A DNA stretch of 64,000 nt from Eledone cirrhosa (GCA_964016885.1 OZ024740.1:139748001-139812000); one strand, 5' to 3'; shown: positions 40,201 to 55,284, counted from the first letter of the stretch. The notes: generated from the sequence alone by a model not told the origin. Made by a program: numbers and translations.

Positions 40201-43200
40201 AGTAAGTACTATACATTGATAGATACATTAGTAAGTACTATACATTGATAGATACATTAGTAAGTACTATACATTGATAGATACATTAGTAAGTACTATT
40301 CAGTGATAGATACATTAGTAAGTACTATACATTGATAGATGCATTAGTAAGTACTATACAGTGATAGATGCATTAGTAAGTACTATACATTGATAGATAC
40401 ATTAGTAAGTACTATACATTGATAGATACATTAGTAAGTACTATACAGTGATAGATGCATTAGTAAGTACTATACAGTGATAGATGCATTAGTAAGTACT
40501 ATACAGTGATAGATGCATTAGTAAGTACTATACGGTGATAGATGCATTAGTAAGTACTATACAGTGATAGACACATTAGTAAGTACTATACAGTGATAGA
40601 TGCATTAGTAAGTACTATACAGTGATAGATGCATTAGTAAGTACTATACATTGATATATGCATTAGTAAGTACTATACAGTGATAGATACATTAGTAAGT
40701 ACTATACATTGATAGATACATTAGTAAGTACTATACAGTGATAGATACATTAGTAAGTACTATATATTGATATATGCATTAGTAAGTACTATACAGTGAT
40801 AGATACATTAGTAAGTACTACACAGTGATAGATACATTAGTAAGTACTATACAGTGATAGATGCATTAGTAATTACTATACAGTGATATATGCATTAGTA
40901 AGTACTATACAGTGATAGATACATTAGTAAGTACTATACAATGATATATGCATTAGCAAGTACTATACAGTGATAGATACATTAGTAAGTACTATACATT
41001 GATAGATACATTAGTAAGTACTATACATTGATAGATACATTAGTAAGTACTATACAGTGATAGATGCATTAGTAAGTACTATACAGTGATAGATGCATTA
41101 GTAAGTACTATTCAGTGATAGATACATTAGTAAGTACTATACAGTGATAGATGCATTAGTAAGTACTATACAGTGATAGATGCATTAGTAAGTACTATAC
41201 AGTGATAGATGCATTAGTAAGTACTATACAGTGATAGATACATTAGTAAGTACTATACAGTGATAGATGCATTAGTAATTACTATACAGTAATAGATGCA
41301 TTAGTAAGTACTACACAGTGATAGATACATTAGTAAGTACTATACAGTAATAGATACCTTAGTAAGTACTATACAGTGATAGATGCATTAGTAAGTACTA
41401 TACAGTGATAGATGCATTAGTAAGTACTATACAGTGATAGATGCATTAGTAAGTACTATACAGTGATAGATGCATTAGTAAGTACTATACAGTGATAGAT
41501 GCATTAGTAAGTACTATACAGTGATAGATACATTAGTAAGTACTATACAGTAATAGATGCATTAGTAAGTACTACACAGTGATAGATACATTAGTAAGTA
41601 CTATACAGTAATAGATACATTAGTAAGTACTATACAGTGATAGATGCATTAGTAAGTACTATACAGTGATAGATGCATTAGTAAGTACTATACAGTGATA
41701 GATACATTAGTAAGTACTATACATTGATAGATACATTAGTAAGTACTATACATTGATAGATACATTAGTAAGTACTATACATTGATAGATACATTAGTAA
41801 GTACTATACATTGATAGATACATTAGTAAGTACTATACAGTGATAGATACATTAGTAAGTACTATACAGTGATAGATACATTAATAAGTACTATACATTG
41901 ATAGATACATTAGTAAGTACTATACAGTGATAGATGCATTAGTAAGTACTATACATTGATATATGCATTAGTAAGTACTATACATTGATATATGCATTAG
42001 TAAGTACTATACAGTGATAGATACATTAGTAAGTACTATACAGTGATATATGCATTAGTAAGTACTATACAGTGATATATGCATTAGTAAGTACTATACA
42101 GTGATAGATACATTAGTAAGTACTATACATTGATAGATACATTAGTAAGTACTATACATTGATAGATACATTAGTAAGTACTATACATTGATAGATACAT
42201 TAGTAAGTACTATACATTGATAGATACATTAGTAAGTACTATTCAGTGATAGATACATTAGTAAGTACTATACATTGATAGATGCATTAGTAAGTACTAT
42301 ACAGTGATAGATGCATTAGTAAGTACTATACATTGATAGATACATTAGTAAGTACTATACATTGATAGATACATTAGTAAGTACTATACAGTGATAGATG
42401 CATTAGTAAGTACTATACAGTGATAGATGCATTAGTAAGTACTATACAGTGATAGATGCATTAGTAAGTACTATACGGTGATAGATGCATTAGTAAGTAC
42501 TATACAGTGATAGACACATTAGTAAGTACTATACAGTGATAGATGCATTAGTAAGTACTATACAGTGATAGATGCATTAGTAAGTACTATACATTGATAT
42601 ATGCATTAGTAAGTACTATACAGTGATAGATACATTAGTAAGTACTATACATTGATAGATACATTAGTAAGTACTATACAGTGATAGATACATTAGTAAG
42701 TACTATATATTGATATATGCATTAGTAAGTACTATACAGTGATAGATACATTAGTAAGTACTACACAGTGATAGATACATTAGTAAGTACTATACAGTGA
42801 TAGATGCATTAGTAATTACTATACAGTGATATATGCATTAGTAAGTACTATACAGTGATAGATACATTAGTAAGTACTATACAATGATATATGCATTAGC
42901 AAGTACTATACAGTGATAGATACATTAGTAAGTACTATACATTGATAGATACATTAGTAAGTACTATACATTGATAGATACATTAGTAAGTACTATACAG
43001 TGATAGATGCATTAGTAAGTACTATACAGTGATAGATGCATTAGTAAGTACTATTCAGTGATAGATACATTAGTAAGTACTATACAGTGATAGATGCATT
43101 AGTAAGTACTATACAGTGATAGATGCATTAGTAAGTACTATACAGTGATAGATGCATTAGTAAGTACTATACAGTGATAGATACATTAGTAAGTACTATA

Positions 43201-46200
43201 CAGTGATAGATGCATTAGTAATTACTATACAGTAATAGATGCATTAGTAAGTACTACACAGTGATAGATACATTAGTAAGTACTATACAGTAATAGATAC
43301 ATTAGTAAGTACTATACAGTGATAGATCCATTAGTAAGTACTATACAGTGATAGATGCATTAGTAAGTACTATACAGTGGTAGATACATTAGTAAGTACT
43401 ATACAGTGATAGATGCATTAGTAAGTACTATACAGTGATAGATGCATTAGTAAGTACTATACAGTCATAGATACATTAGTAAGTACTACACAGTGATAGA
43501 TACATTAGTAAGTACTATACAGTAATAGATGCATTAGTAAGTACTATACAGTGATAGATGCATTAGTAAGTACTATACAGTGATAGATACATTAGTAAGT
43601 ACTATACAGTGATAGATGCATTAGTAAGTACTATACAGTGATAGATACATTAGTAAGTACTATACAGTAATAGATGCATTAGTGAGTACTATACAGTGAT
43701 AGATGCATTAGTAAGTACTATACAGTGATAGATACATTAGTAAGTACTATACAGTAATAGATGCATTAGTAAGTACTATACAGTGATAGATGCATTAGTA
43801 AGTACTATACAGTGATAGATGCATTAGTAAGTACTATACAGTGATAGATGCATTAGTAAGTACTATACATTGATATATGCATTAGTAAGTACTATACAGT
43901 GATAGATACATTAGTAAGTATTATACAGTGATAGATGCATTAGTAAGTACTATACATTGATATATGCATTAGTAAGTACTATACAGTGATAGATGCATTA
44001 GTAAGTACTATACAGTGACAGATGCATTAGTAAGTACTATACAGTGATAGATGCATTAGTAAGTACTATACAGTGATAGATGCATTAGTAAGTACTATAC
44101 AGTAATAGATGCATTAGTAAGTACTATACATTGATATATGCATTAGTAAGTACTATACATTGATAGATACATTAGTAAGTACTATACAGTGATAGATGCA
44201 TTAGTAAGTACTATACAGTGATAGATGCATTAGTAAGTACTATACAGTGATAGATGCATTAGTAAGTACTATACAGTGATAGATGCATTAGTAAGTAGTA
44301 TACATTGATATATGCATTAGTAAGTACTATACAGTGATAGATACATTAGTAAGTACTATACATTGATATATGCATTAGTAAGTACTATACATTGATAGAT
44401 GCATTAGTAAGTACTATACAGTGATAGATGCATTAGTAAGTACTATACAGTGATAGATGCATTAGTAAGTACTATACATTGATAGATGCATTAGTAAGTA
44501 CTATACAGTGATAGATGCATTAGTAAGTACTATACAGTGATAGATGCATTAGTAAGTACTATACAGTGATAGATGCATTAGTAAGTACTATACAGTGATA
44601 GATACATTAATAAGTACTATACATTGATAGATACATTAGTAAGTACTATACAGTGATAGATGCATTAGTAAGTACTATACAGTGATAGATGCATTAGTAA
44701 GTACTATACAGTGATAGATACATTAGTAAGTACTATACAGTAATAGATGCATTAGTAAGTACTACACAGTGATAGATACTTTAGTAAGTACTATACAGTA
44801 ATAGATACATTAGTAAGTACTATACAGTGATAGATGCATTAGTAAGTACTATACAGTGATAGATGCATTAGTAAGTACTATACAGTGATAGATGCATTAG
44901 TAAGTACTATACAGTGATAGATGCATTAGTAAGTACTATACAGTGATAGATACATTAGTAAGTACTATACAGTGATAGATGCATTAGTAATTACTATACA
45001 GTAATAGATGCATTAGTAAGTACTACACAGTGATAGATACATTAGTAAGTACTATACAGTAATAGATACATTAGTAAGTACTATACAGTGATAGATGCAT
45101 TAGTAAGTACTATACAGTGATAGATGCATTAGTAAGTACTATACAGTGATAGATGCATTAGTAAGTACTATACAGTGATAGATGCATTAGTAAGTACTAT
45201 ACAGTGATAGATGCATTAGTAAGTACTATACAGTGATAGATACATTAGTAAGTACTATACAGTGATAGATGCATTAGTAATTACTATACAGTAATAGATG
45301 CATTAGTAAGTACTACACAGTGATAGATACATTAGTAAGTACTATACAGTAATAGATACATTAGTAAGTACTATACAGTGATAGATGCATTAGTAAGTAC
45401 TATACAGTGATAGATGCATTAGTAAGTACTATACAGTGATAGATACATTAGTAAGTACTATACAGTGATAGATGCATTAGTAAGTACTATACAGTGATAG
45501 ATGCATTAGTAAGTACTATACAGTCATAGATACATTAGTAAGTACTACACAGTGATAGATACATTAGTAAGTACTATACAGTAATAGATGCATTAGTAAG
45601 TACTATACAGTGATAGATGCATTAGTAAGTACTATACAGTGATAGATACATTAGTAAGTACTATACAGTGATAGATGCATTAGTAAGTACTATACAGTGA
45701 TAGATACATTAGTAAGTACTATACAGTAATAGATGCATTAGTGAGTACTATACAGTGATAGATGCATTAGTAAGTACTATACAGTGATAGATACATTAGT
45801 AAGTACTATACAGTAATAGATGCATTAGTAAGTACTATACAGTGATAGATGCATTAGTAAGTACTATACAGTGATAGATGCATTAGTAAGTACTATACAG
45901 TGATAGATGCATTAGTAAGTACTATACATTGATATATGCATTAGTAAGTACTATACAGTGATAGATACATTAGTAAGTATTATACAGTGATAGATGCATT
46001 AGTAAGTACTATACATTGATATATGCATTAGTAAGTACTATACAGTGATAGATGCATTAGTAAGTACTATACAGTGACAGATGCATTAGTAAGTACTATA
46101 CAGTGATAGATGCATTAGTAAGTACTATACAGTGATAGATGCATTAGTAAGTACTATACAGTAATAGATGCATTAGTAAGTACTATACATTGATATATGC

Positions 46201-49200
46201 ATTAGTAAGTACTATACATTGATAGATACATTAGTAAGTACTATACAGTGATAGATGCATTAGTAAGTACTATACAGTGATAGATGCATTAGTAAGTACT
46301 ATACAGTGATAGATGCATTAGTAAGTACTATACAGTGATAGATGCATTAGTAAGTAGTATACATTGATATATGCATTAGTAAGTACTATACAGTGATAGA
46401 TACATTAGTAAGTACTATACATTGATATATGCATTAGTAAGTACTATACATTGATAGATGCATTAGTAAGTACTATACAGTGATAGATGCATTAGTAAGT
46501 ACTATACAGTGATAGATGCATTAGTAAGTACTATACATTGATAGATGCATTAGTAAGTACTATACAGTGATAGATGCATTAGTAAGTACTATACAGTGAT
46601 AGATGCATTAGTAAGTACTATACAGTGATAGATGCATTAGTAAGTACTATACAGTGATAGATACATTAATAAGTACTATACATTGATAGATACATTAGTA
46701 AGTACTATACAGTGATAGATGCATTAGTAAGTACTATACATTGATATATGCATTAGTAAGTACTATACATTGATATATGCATTAGTAAGTACTATACAGT
46801 GATAGATACATTAGTAAGTACTATACAGTGATATATGCATTAGTAAGTACTATACAGTGATATATGCATTAGTAAGTACTATACAGTGATAGATACATTA
46901 GTAAGTACTATACATTGATAGATACATTAGTAAGTACTATACATTGATAGATACATTAGTAAGTACTATACATTGATAGATACATTAGTAAGTACTATAC
47001 ATTGATAGATACATTAGTAAGTACTATACAGTGATAGATGCATTAGTAAGTACTATACAGTGATAGATACATTAATAAGTACTATACATTGATAGATACA
47101 TTAGTAAGTACTATACAGTGATAGATGCATTAGTAAGTACTATACATTGATATATGCATTAGTAAGTACTATACAGTGATAGATACATTAGTAAGTACTA
47201 TACAGTGATATATGCATTAGTAAGTACTATACAGTGATATATGCATTAGTAAGTACTATACAGTGATAGATACATTAGTAAGTACTATACATTGATAGAT
47301 ACATTAGTAAGTACTATACATTGATAGATACATTAGTAAGTACTATACATTGATAGATACATTAGTAAGTACTATACATTGATAGATACATTAGTAAGTA
47401 CTATTCAGTGATAGATACATTAGTAAGTACTATACATTGATAGATGCATTAGTAAGTACTATACAGTGATAGATGCATTAGTAAGTACTATACATTGATA
47501 GATACATTAGTAAGTACTATACATTGATAGATACATTAGTAAGTACTATACAGTGATAGATGCATTAGTAAGTACTATACAGTGATAGATGCATTAGTAA
47601 GTACTATACAGTGATAGATGCATTAGTAAGTACTATACGGTGATAGATGCATTAGTAAGTACTATACAGTGATAGACACATTAGTAAGTACTATACAGTG
47701 ATAGATGCATTAGTAAGTACTATACAGTGATAGATGCATTAGTAAGTACTATACATTGATATATGCATTAGTAAGTACTATACAGTGATAGATACATTAG
47801 TAAGTACTATACATTGATAGATACATTAGTAAGTACTATACAGTGATAGATACATTAGTAAGTACTATATATTGATATATGCATTAGTAAGTACTATACA
47901 GTGATAGATACATTAGTAAGTACTACACAGTGATAGATACATTAGTAAGTACTATACAGTGATAGATGCATTAGTAATTACTATACAGTGATATATGCAT
48001 TAGTAAGTACTATACAGTGATAGATACATTAGTAAGTACTATACAATGATATATGCATTAGCAAGTACTATACAGTGATAGATACATTAGTAAGTACTAT
48101 ACATTGATAGATACATTAGTAAGTACTATACATTGATAGATACATTAGTAAGTACTATACAGTGATAGATGCATTAGTAAGTACTATACAGTGATAGATG
48201 CATTAGTAAGTACTATTCAGTGATAGATACATTAGTAAGTACTATACAGTGATAGATGCATTAGTAAGTACTATACAGTGATAGATGCATTAGTAAGTAC
48301 TATACAGTGATAGATGCATTAGTAAGTACTATACAGTGATAGATACATTAGTAAGTACTATACAGTGATAGATGCATTAGTAATTACTATACAGTAATAG
48401 ATGCATTAGTAAGTACTACACAGTGATAGATACATTAGTAAGTACTATACAGTAATAGATACATTAGTAAGTACTATACAGTGATAGATGCATTAGTAAG
48501 TACTATACAGTGATAGATGCATTAGTAAGTACTATACAGTGATAGATGCATTAGTAAGTACTATACAGTGATAGATGCATTAGTAAGTACTATACAGTGA
48601 TAGATGCATTAGTAAGTACTATACAGTGATAGATACATTAGTAAGTACTATACAGTAATAGATGCATTAGTAAGTACTACACAGTGATAGATACATTAGT
48701 AAGTACTATACAGTAATAGATACATTAGTAAGTACTATACAGTGATAGATGCATTAGTAAGTACTATACAGTGATAGATGCATTAGTAAGTACTATACAG
48801 TGATAGATGCATTAGTAAGTACTATACAGTGATAGATGCATTAGTAAGTACTATACAGTGATAGATACATTAGTAAGTACTATACAGTGATAGATGCATT
48901 AGTAATTACTATACAGTAATAGATGCATTAGTAAGTACTACACAGTGATAGATACATTAGTAAGTACTATACAGTAATAGATACATTAGTAAGTACTATA
49001 CAGTGATAGATGCATTAGTAAGTACTATACAGTGATAGATGCATTAGTAAGTACTATACAGTGATAGATACATTAGTAAGTACTATACAGTGATAGATGC
49101 ATTAGTAAGTACTATACAGTGATAGATGCATTAGTAAGTACTATACAGTCATAGATACATTAGTAAGTACTCCACAGTGATAGATACATTAGTAAGTACT

Positions 49201-50061
49201 ATACAGTAATAGATGCATTAGTAAGTACTATACAGTGATAGATGCATTAGTAAGTACTATACAGTGATAGATACATTAGTAAGTACTATACAGTGATAGA
49301 TGCATTAGTAAGTACTATACAGTGATAGATACATTAGTAAGTACTATACAGTAATAGATGCATTAGTGAGTACTATACAGTGATAGATGCATTAGTAAGT
49401 ACTATACAGTGATAGATACATTAGTAAGTACTATACAGTAATAGATGCATTAGTAAGTACTATACAGTGATAGATGCATTAGTAAGTACTATACAGTGAT
49501 AGATGCATTAGTAAGTACTATACAGTGATAGATACATTAGTAAGTACTATACAGTGATAGATACATTAGTAAGTACTATACAGTGATAGATGCATTAGTA
49601 AGTACTATACAGTGATAGATACATTAGTAAGTACTATACAGTAATAGATGCATTAGTAAGTACTATACAGTGATAGATACATTAGTAAGTACTATACAGT
49701 AATAGATGCATTAGTAAGTACTATACAGTGATAGATACATTAGTAAGTACTATACAGTAATAGATGCATTAGTGAGTACTATACAGTGATAGATGCATTA
49801 GTAAGTACTATACATTGATAGATGCATTAGTAAGTACTATACATTGATAGATGCATTAGTGAGTACTATACAGTGATATATGCATTAGTAAGTACTATAC
49901 AGTGATAGATACATTAGTAAGTACTATACAATGATAGATGCATTAGTAAGTACTATACAGTGATAGATGCATTAGTAAGTACTATACAGTGATAGATACT
50001 TTAGTAAGTACTATACATTGATAGATGCATTAGTAAGTACTATACAGTGTAGATACATTAA
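28236..50061. repeat. Satellite array, 29-bp unit TGATA(G/T)AT(G/A)CATTAGTAAGTACTATACA(G/T), ~752 copies
   Basis: tagtaagtac occurs at 28281 and at 50031; the difference is 21750 = 750 x 29. There are no unique spacers and no ORFs in the ORF track. Confidence 0.99.
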
Positions 50062-50093
50062 GAAGCAGACGTACATACACACATATAGTTAAA

Positions 50094-50125
50094 CTAGCCG
50101 AAAACCTCCCAGGGAGGCGGTATTT
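50094..50125 (-). mobile_element. Putative Helitron 3' end next to the satellite
   Basis: Hairpin cctcc-cag-ggagg (50105-50117) lies 7 nt from CTAG (50094-50097), followed by T on -. Confidence 0.35.
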
Positions 50126-50385
50126 CTGCTGATATATAACTATGGTTTACCTGAAATATTGTGACATAGACAGTTAGAATTGTTTTAGTACAATGCAAGA
50201 TACAAAAAGAAGTGAAAATTAGAGTAAAGTAAGACAAAATAAATAGTTTATACTTTTACCTTATATTTCATGGTGTTTCGAGACCATGACCCTTTTTAAA
50301 CAAATAGGAAAAGGGAGGGTTGATGGTAAAGACAAGTGACCTCTTTCTGTCATCGTTATCACACAATTGGTTTCATTGTGGTGGA

Positions 50386-50566
50386 TTGGCAGTATCGGTA
50401 GAGGGTCTGACGCCATGCTTTGACGTATAGAGTTACAGCCCTTGCCATTCTGAGTTCAAATCCCGCCGAGGTTAACTTTGCCTTTCATCCTTACGGGGTC
50501 GATAAAATAAGTACCAGTAATGTACTGGATAATTGCTGGCCTTGTGCCAATAGTAGAAACAATTAT
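50386..50566 (+). mobile_element. Young full-length tRNA-derived SINE
   Basis: Same head, B box, core and gaaacaattat tail as 18164-18343. Confidence 0.9.
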
Positions 50567-51519
50567 GAATATTTAAGCAGCGAACTTATTAACAGCTAGT
50601 CATGGTAGATGTGGCGGATTCATTTCATTGTCTTTACATATCGTCAGCGTGCGCTTACCTACATCTAGGTGTTGAAGTACGGAAGACAATATATTGTAAA
50701 TTTTGTAAAAAAAAGTATTCTGCAGAATCTTTGAGAGGACCTTCAGACTGTGTATTATGGATAGGTTACACAACTATAGGTTACACAACTATTTTACCTG
50801 ACAATGCTACTTCAGTTTATTACCAGTTTCTGATTATCCAGCGGGGGAGCCTAAATGTCAGCAGTTTCCATTCTGGTGTCTACTGATCCACGTTCAAAAT
50901 TTCAAGTACTTTGTTAAAGACATAATATACACTTACTATTGGATATCCGTTCTTTTATAGGTGTTCACATTTCTGTAGTGAGGTGTCCGAGGTAAAATTT
51001 ATTTACTTATAAGAACCCTGTGGTAATGAAAAGTTAGAGAACCACAACTCTGTGTGGTTGCTTGATCAGCTAGAAATAGCAGCCAAATATATTTTAAAAC
51101 TCTATAATCGCTCTCTCTTTCCAAACCAATATTGTCGTGCCCTGATTATCTTAAAATGCAGTTCCCTGATTAAACACTTTTGTAATACTTTTGATATCTT
51201 CAAGAACATTCCATGGGTGTCGACTAAATTCATGCACCAGAAATGATTTTTTGTTTTTTACTTTATACATATTTGCTGAATACATAGCTTCAATAAACGA
51301 CCAGGCCTACTTCTGAGTTATTTTGGGAAACAAGTGCAAATTATGAATGATTTATATTATTTTAATCGTTGTTTCTACTTTAAGCAGAGTACGAAATATC
51401 ATGAACATCTTTTCCCCTTTAATTCCTATTCGTTGACAAAGGATGAAATTCAGATGTTAAAATCTTTAAGATATTCTCTGACTGTTTCCTGTGGCTTAGA
51501 TCTCTGGAAAGACACCAGA

Positions 51520-51590
<71 letters not shown>

Positions 51591-51955
51591 CTCTCTCTCT
51601 CTCTCTCTCTATTTCTCAAGAAGGAGAAGAAGATGCAAAAGATATATCTTTGTATGGTTGTGTATATACATATATATATCATACTGTTATATTTTGCGGG
51701 GGGTGGGGGGTCATTCTGCCAATACAAACCACACATTGAGGCAACTAATCCATTCCTATTTATTCGTCAAATCGATTCTGTCACACATTCTCCTGAGAAT
51801 TAAAGTATATAAATATCTGTTTCAACGTGCAATTTCACATCAACAATCATGCTAAATATATACAAACCGAAGGATTATATCATACTTTCTCTACTTGAGT
51901 TATCTCTACTTGTCTCAATCCTCAATATAAACTTCGTTTCTATATACATCTGTGA

Positions 51956-52029
<74 letters not shown>

Positions 52030-52142
52030 GTAAAACTCTTATGGGGGACCTTGAGCCGATCCTCTGCGAAACGCGAGTAACAGGTCGATACACAATAAAT
52101 ATCTTTTATATGTAAACTAAACTTCCTCGTTTTCTTCTATTA
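52030..52142 (+). mobile_element. TA-embedded PLE-type tail with decayed HHR-like motif
   Basis: gacct..GAAAcgcgaGTAacaggtc (stem I gacct/aggtc, no intact CUGANGA). The tail cttcctcgttttcttctatta(TA)n matches 5888-5905. Confidence 0.45.
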
Positions 52143-52158
52143 TATATATATAAATAAA

Positions 52159-52218
<60 letters not shown>

Positions 52219-53102
52219 ATGAATGAATACATTAATATATATATACATATATACATTCATATTCCCAATAGTAGCTATTCCCACCAAACCCACTCACGTC
52301 ACCTTTCCAAACATTCCTACAGCGTATCACGGTGTCGCAGCTGACACCAATGAACTACACTTGACTGTCATGTCTTGTCTGAATGAATGATTGACCTAAT
52401 TGGAGCACCTGCTCTTCTGGACTTTATGAAAAGTACAGAGGTGTCATTGATCAGAAAGCTCTATTAGCTATCACAGCTTCAAGAGATTGGGCTGCTATTA
52501 GTTCAGTATGTACTCTTTAGCTGATCAGAAAACGTGATGAAGGATCGCCACCGTTTTCGACGATAAACATTCGGTTGTTCGATCGGCTGATGGTGCAACT
52601 TAATGTGTGAAATGTTGAATGAGTATCCTACAAACACGTGTAACCTTAACATAATTCTCAAACTAAATCAGCATAAGACAAACAGGTAGTCTATTCTTTG
52701 GGCTTCTATATAGTTTCCGTCTAAAATTCACTATCGAAAGAAATTTTCCATTTTTATTTTTGCAGAGTCCTCTAATGAATCAATAAATTCATGTATTCTT
52801 TTTATTTGGTGAATTGAGTACCTTACTTTAATTGCGGTTCCATATGTATTAATAATGACTACAGCACTCGAGCTACTCCTGTTAAGCACAAATACAGCAA
52901 CTGTCAGGTCTATCTATTTGAAATCAACTAGGAATCACTCATACAACTACATTCAGTACTTGTAATACTTGCTCGAAACTAATCCTGAGATTCGGACTGA
53001 AAATTTTCGCCCAAACTGTTAATAAAAATTCCCGATTTATTTTAATTTATTATATTTCAAAGAATGTTTACTTAATAGCCGTCAAAAAGGCTTGAGCCCT
53101 TT

Positions 53103-53162
<60 letters not shown>

Positions 53163-53166
<4 letters not shown>

Positions 53167-53283
53167 TGAAAAATGGCGTGCTGCGCTGTTGCGAATGTGA
53201 TACATGTGAAGTAAAAAGTAGAGCAAGAAACCAGGACTATCCGTCATCAGTGATCTTCTGGCTATCATCGGTTTTTCTTCGCA
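53163..53283. mobile_element. Short element between (TA)n tracts (same family as 12425-12488 / 12600-12668)
   Basis: Shares tgaaaaatggcgtgctgcg.tgttgc.aatg.gataca and tccgtcatcagtg. Confidence 0.7.
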
Positions 53284-53302
53284 TATATATATATATGTAT
53301 TG

Positions 53303-53338
<36 letters not shown>

Positions 53339-53383
53339 GTATATATATATATACATATATGTATATGTATATATATATATGTG

Positions 53384-53414
<31 letters not shown>

Positions 53415-53419
53415 GTATA

Positions 53420-53631
<212 letters not shown>

Positions 53632-53820
53632 TATAAATATATATATATATAAATATATATATACAAGCAAATTATAAACGTAAACATGTAAGTATGTTTT
53701 TGAAACGGTGCGTGAGTTTGAAATTAGAAATTAGAAATTATAAGCTTTCACCGTATTTTAGACTAAAGAAATTTCTAGCCTGATAGTGGGGTTTATAACC
53801 CTCGGAATAAATATATAAAA

Positions 53821-53888
<68 letters not shown>

Positions 53889-53889
53889 A

Positions 53890-54617
53890 AAATTGAAAAA
53901 TTGAAGAATAACATGGTCAACAGTACAAACAAGGAAATTTATTTACAGTCTAACAATCGTTTCTATGATAGAGTTGTCTAAAAATTGCTAAACACTGACG
54001 GCAGTGCCACTCAATTTAATATACATGTTATCTCTATCATTTCGTCAGAGACTGAGAGAAAATAAAAAAATTTATGCGTAACGGTAAATTTACAAATTCA
54101 AATTACCACATAGTAATACTAATAATAAAGATATAGAGAGAAACAAAGGAAGGAGGACGGATGGAAAGGAGGGGGGGGGGGCGAAAGAGAGAAAGAAAAT
54201 ACAAATAAATACGTAACCGGCAAAATTACGAGTTCAAACTATCACATCAAAATAGTATTAATAATAAAGATACAGATAGAAAGAAAAGAGGGGGGGATAG
54301 ATGTAGTAAAGGTAGAGAAGAGAAAGAAAGATGAAGGAAAAAGAGAAAAGAAAAACAGGTATAGAAGGAAGAAGACCGGGAAGTTATTACAGCTAAAAAT
54401 ACGCAGGCATGGACATCATATGAAAGATAGAAGAGTTAAGACGTGCGACCGGATGAGTGATTGTTGATAAATAAATGTCCATGCCTATGTAATTTTAACT
54501 GTAATAACTTCCCTTCTATACCTGTCTTTTCTCTTTTTCCTTCTTCATCTTTCTCTGTCTCTTTCTCTTTTTCCTTCTTCATCTTTCTTTCTCTTCTCTA
54601 CCTTTACTACATCTAGA
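53890..54617 (-). mobile_element. Family C PLE-type 3' end with intact HHR and fold-back at its 5' end
   Basis: Tail shared with 6043-6200; HHR at 53946-54054; internal duplication ~54075-54140 / 54210-54280; inverted repeat 54298-54416 / 54476-54615. Confidence 0.75.
53946..54054 (-). ncRNA. Type I hammerhead ribozyme motif
   Basis: On -: stem I cagtct/agactg (6 bp perfect); CTGACGA; stem II atgatagag/ctctatcat with a large loop; GAAA; minimal stem III cgattg; GUU cleavage triplet. Confidence 0.8.
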
Positions 54618-54664
54618 CATTTGCGCAAGTAATAAGACACCCAAATTCCAAGTCTTCCCATTTT

Positions 54665-55229
54665 ACCTTTGCGCTAACAATACAACAGAACAAATGCGAA
54701 TAAATAAGGAAAATATGTTTATTCAAAAATATAGACCAACATTAAATAAGGTTTAATATACATTATGTCAACACCATAATATGACATACACACACACACA
54801 TAACACCTTCTACTTTAGAAAATAAAAACCCGAACTAAATAAACCTTAACATACGTTTGTACTGACAATACAACAGCAAACACGAATAAGTAAGGAAAAT
54901 ATGTTCATTCAAAAATATTCCTACTAAAGGAATCACTTTCCTACGCACATACACACACACACAATATATATATATATATTCTCTTCATCTTAACATGCTA
55001 ACCATACTCCCACACACATAACACCCATACACACACATAACAACCCCCACACCCACAACTCCCTCCCCATTTCTACTAATAGAACCACTTTCCTACACAC
55101 ATATATATACACACACACAAAATATATATTCTCTCCATCTTAACATACTCGCACACACACACATAACACCCATATACACACACACACAACTCCCTCCCCC
55201 ATTTCTACTAATAGAATCATCTTCCAATA

Positions 55230-55284
<55 letters not shown>

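Noticed and set aside
28236-50061. CRISPR-like array (29-bp repeat length)
   Set aside because: Units are head-to-tail with no unique spacers, there are no cas genes, and the context is eukaryotic
50650-50975. Several GTAAG donor-like motifs on - strand suggesting micro-exons
   Set aside because: Candidate exons are very short with weak acceptors and no recognisable peptide; unsupported without RNA data
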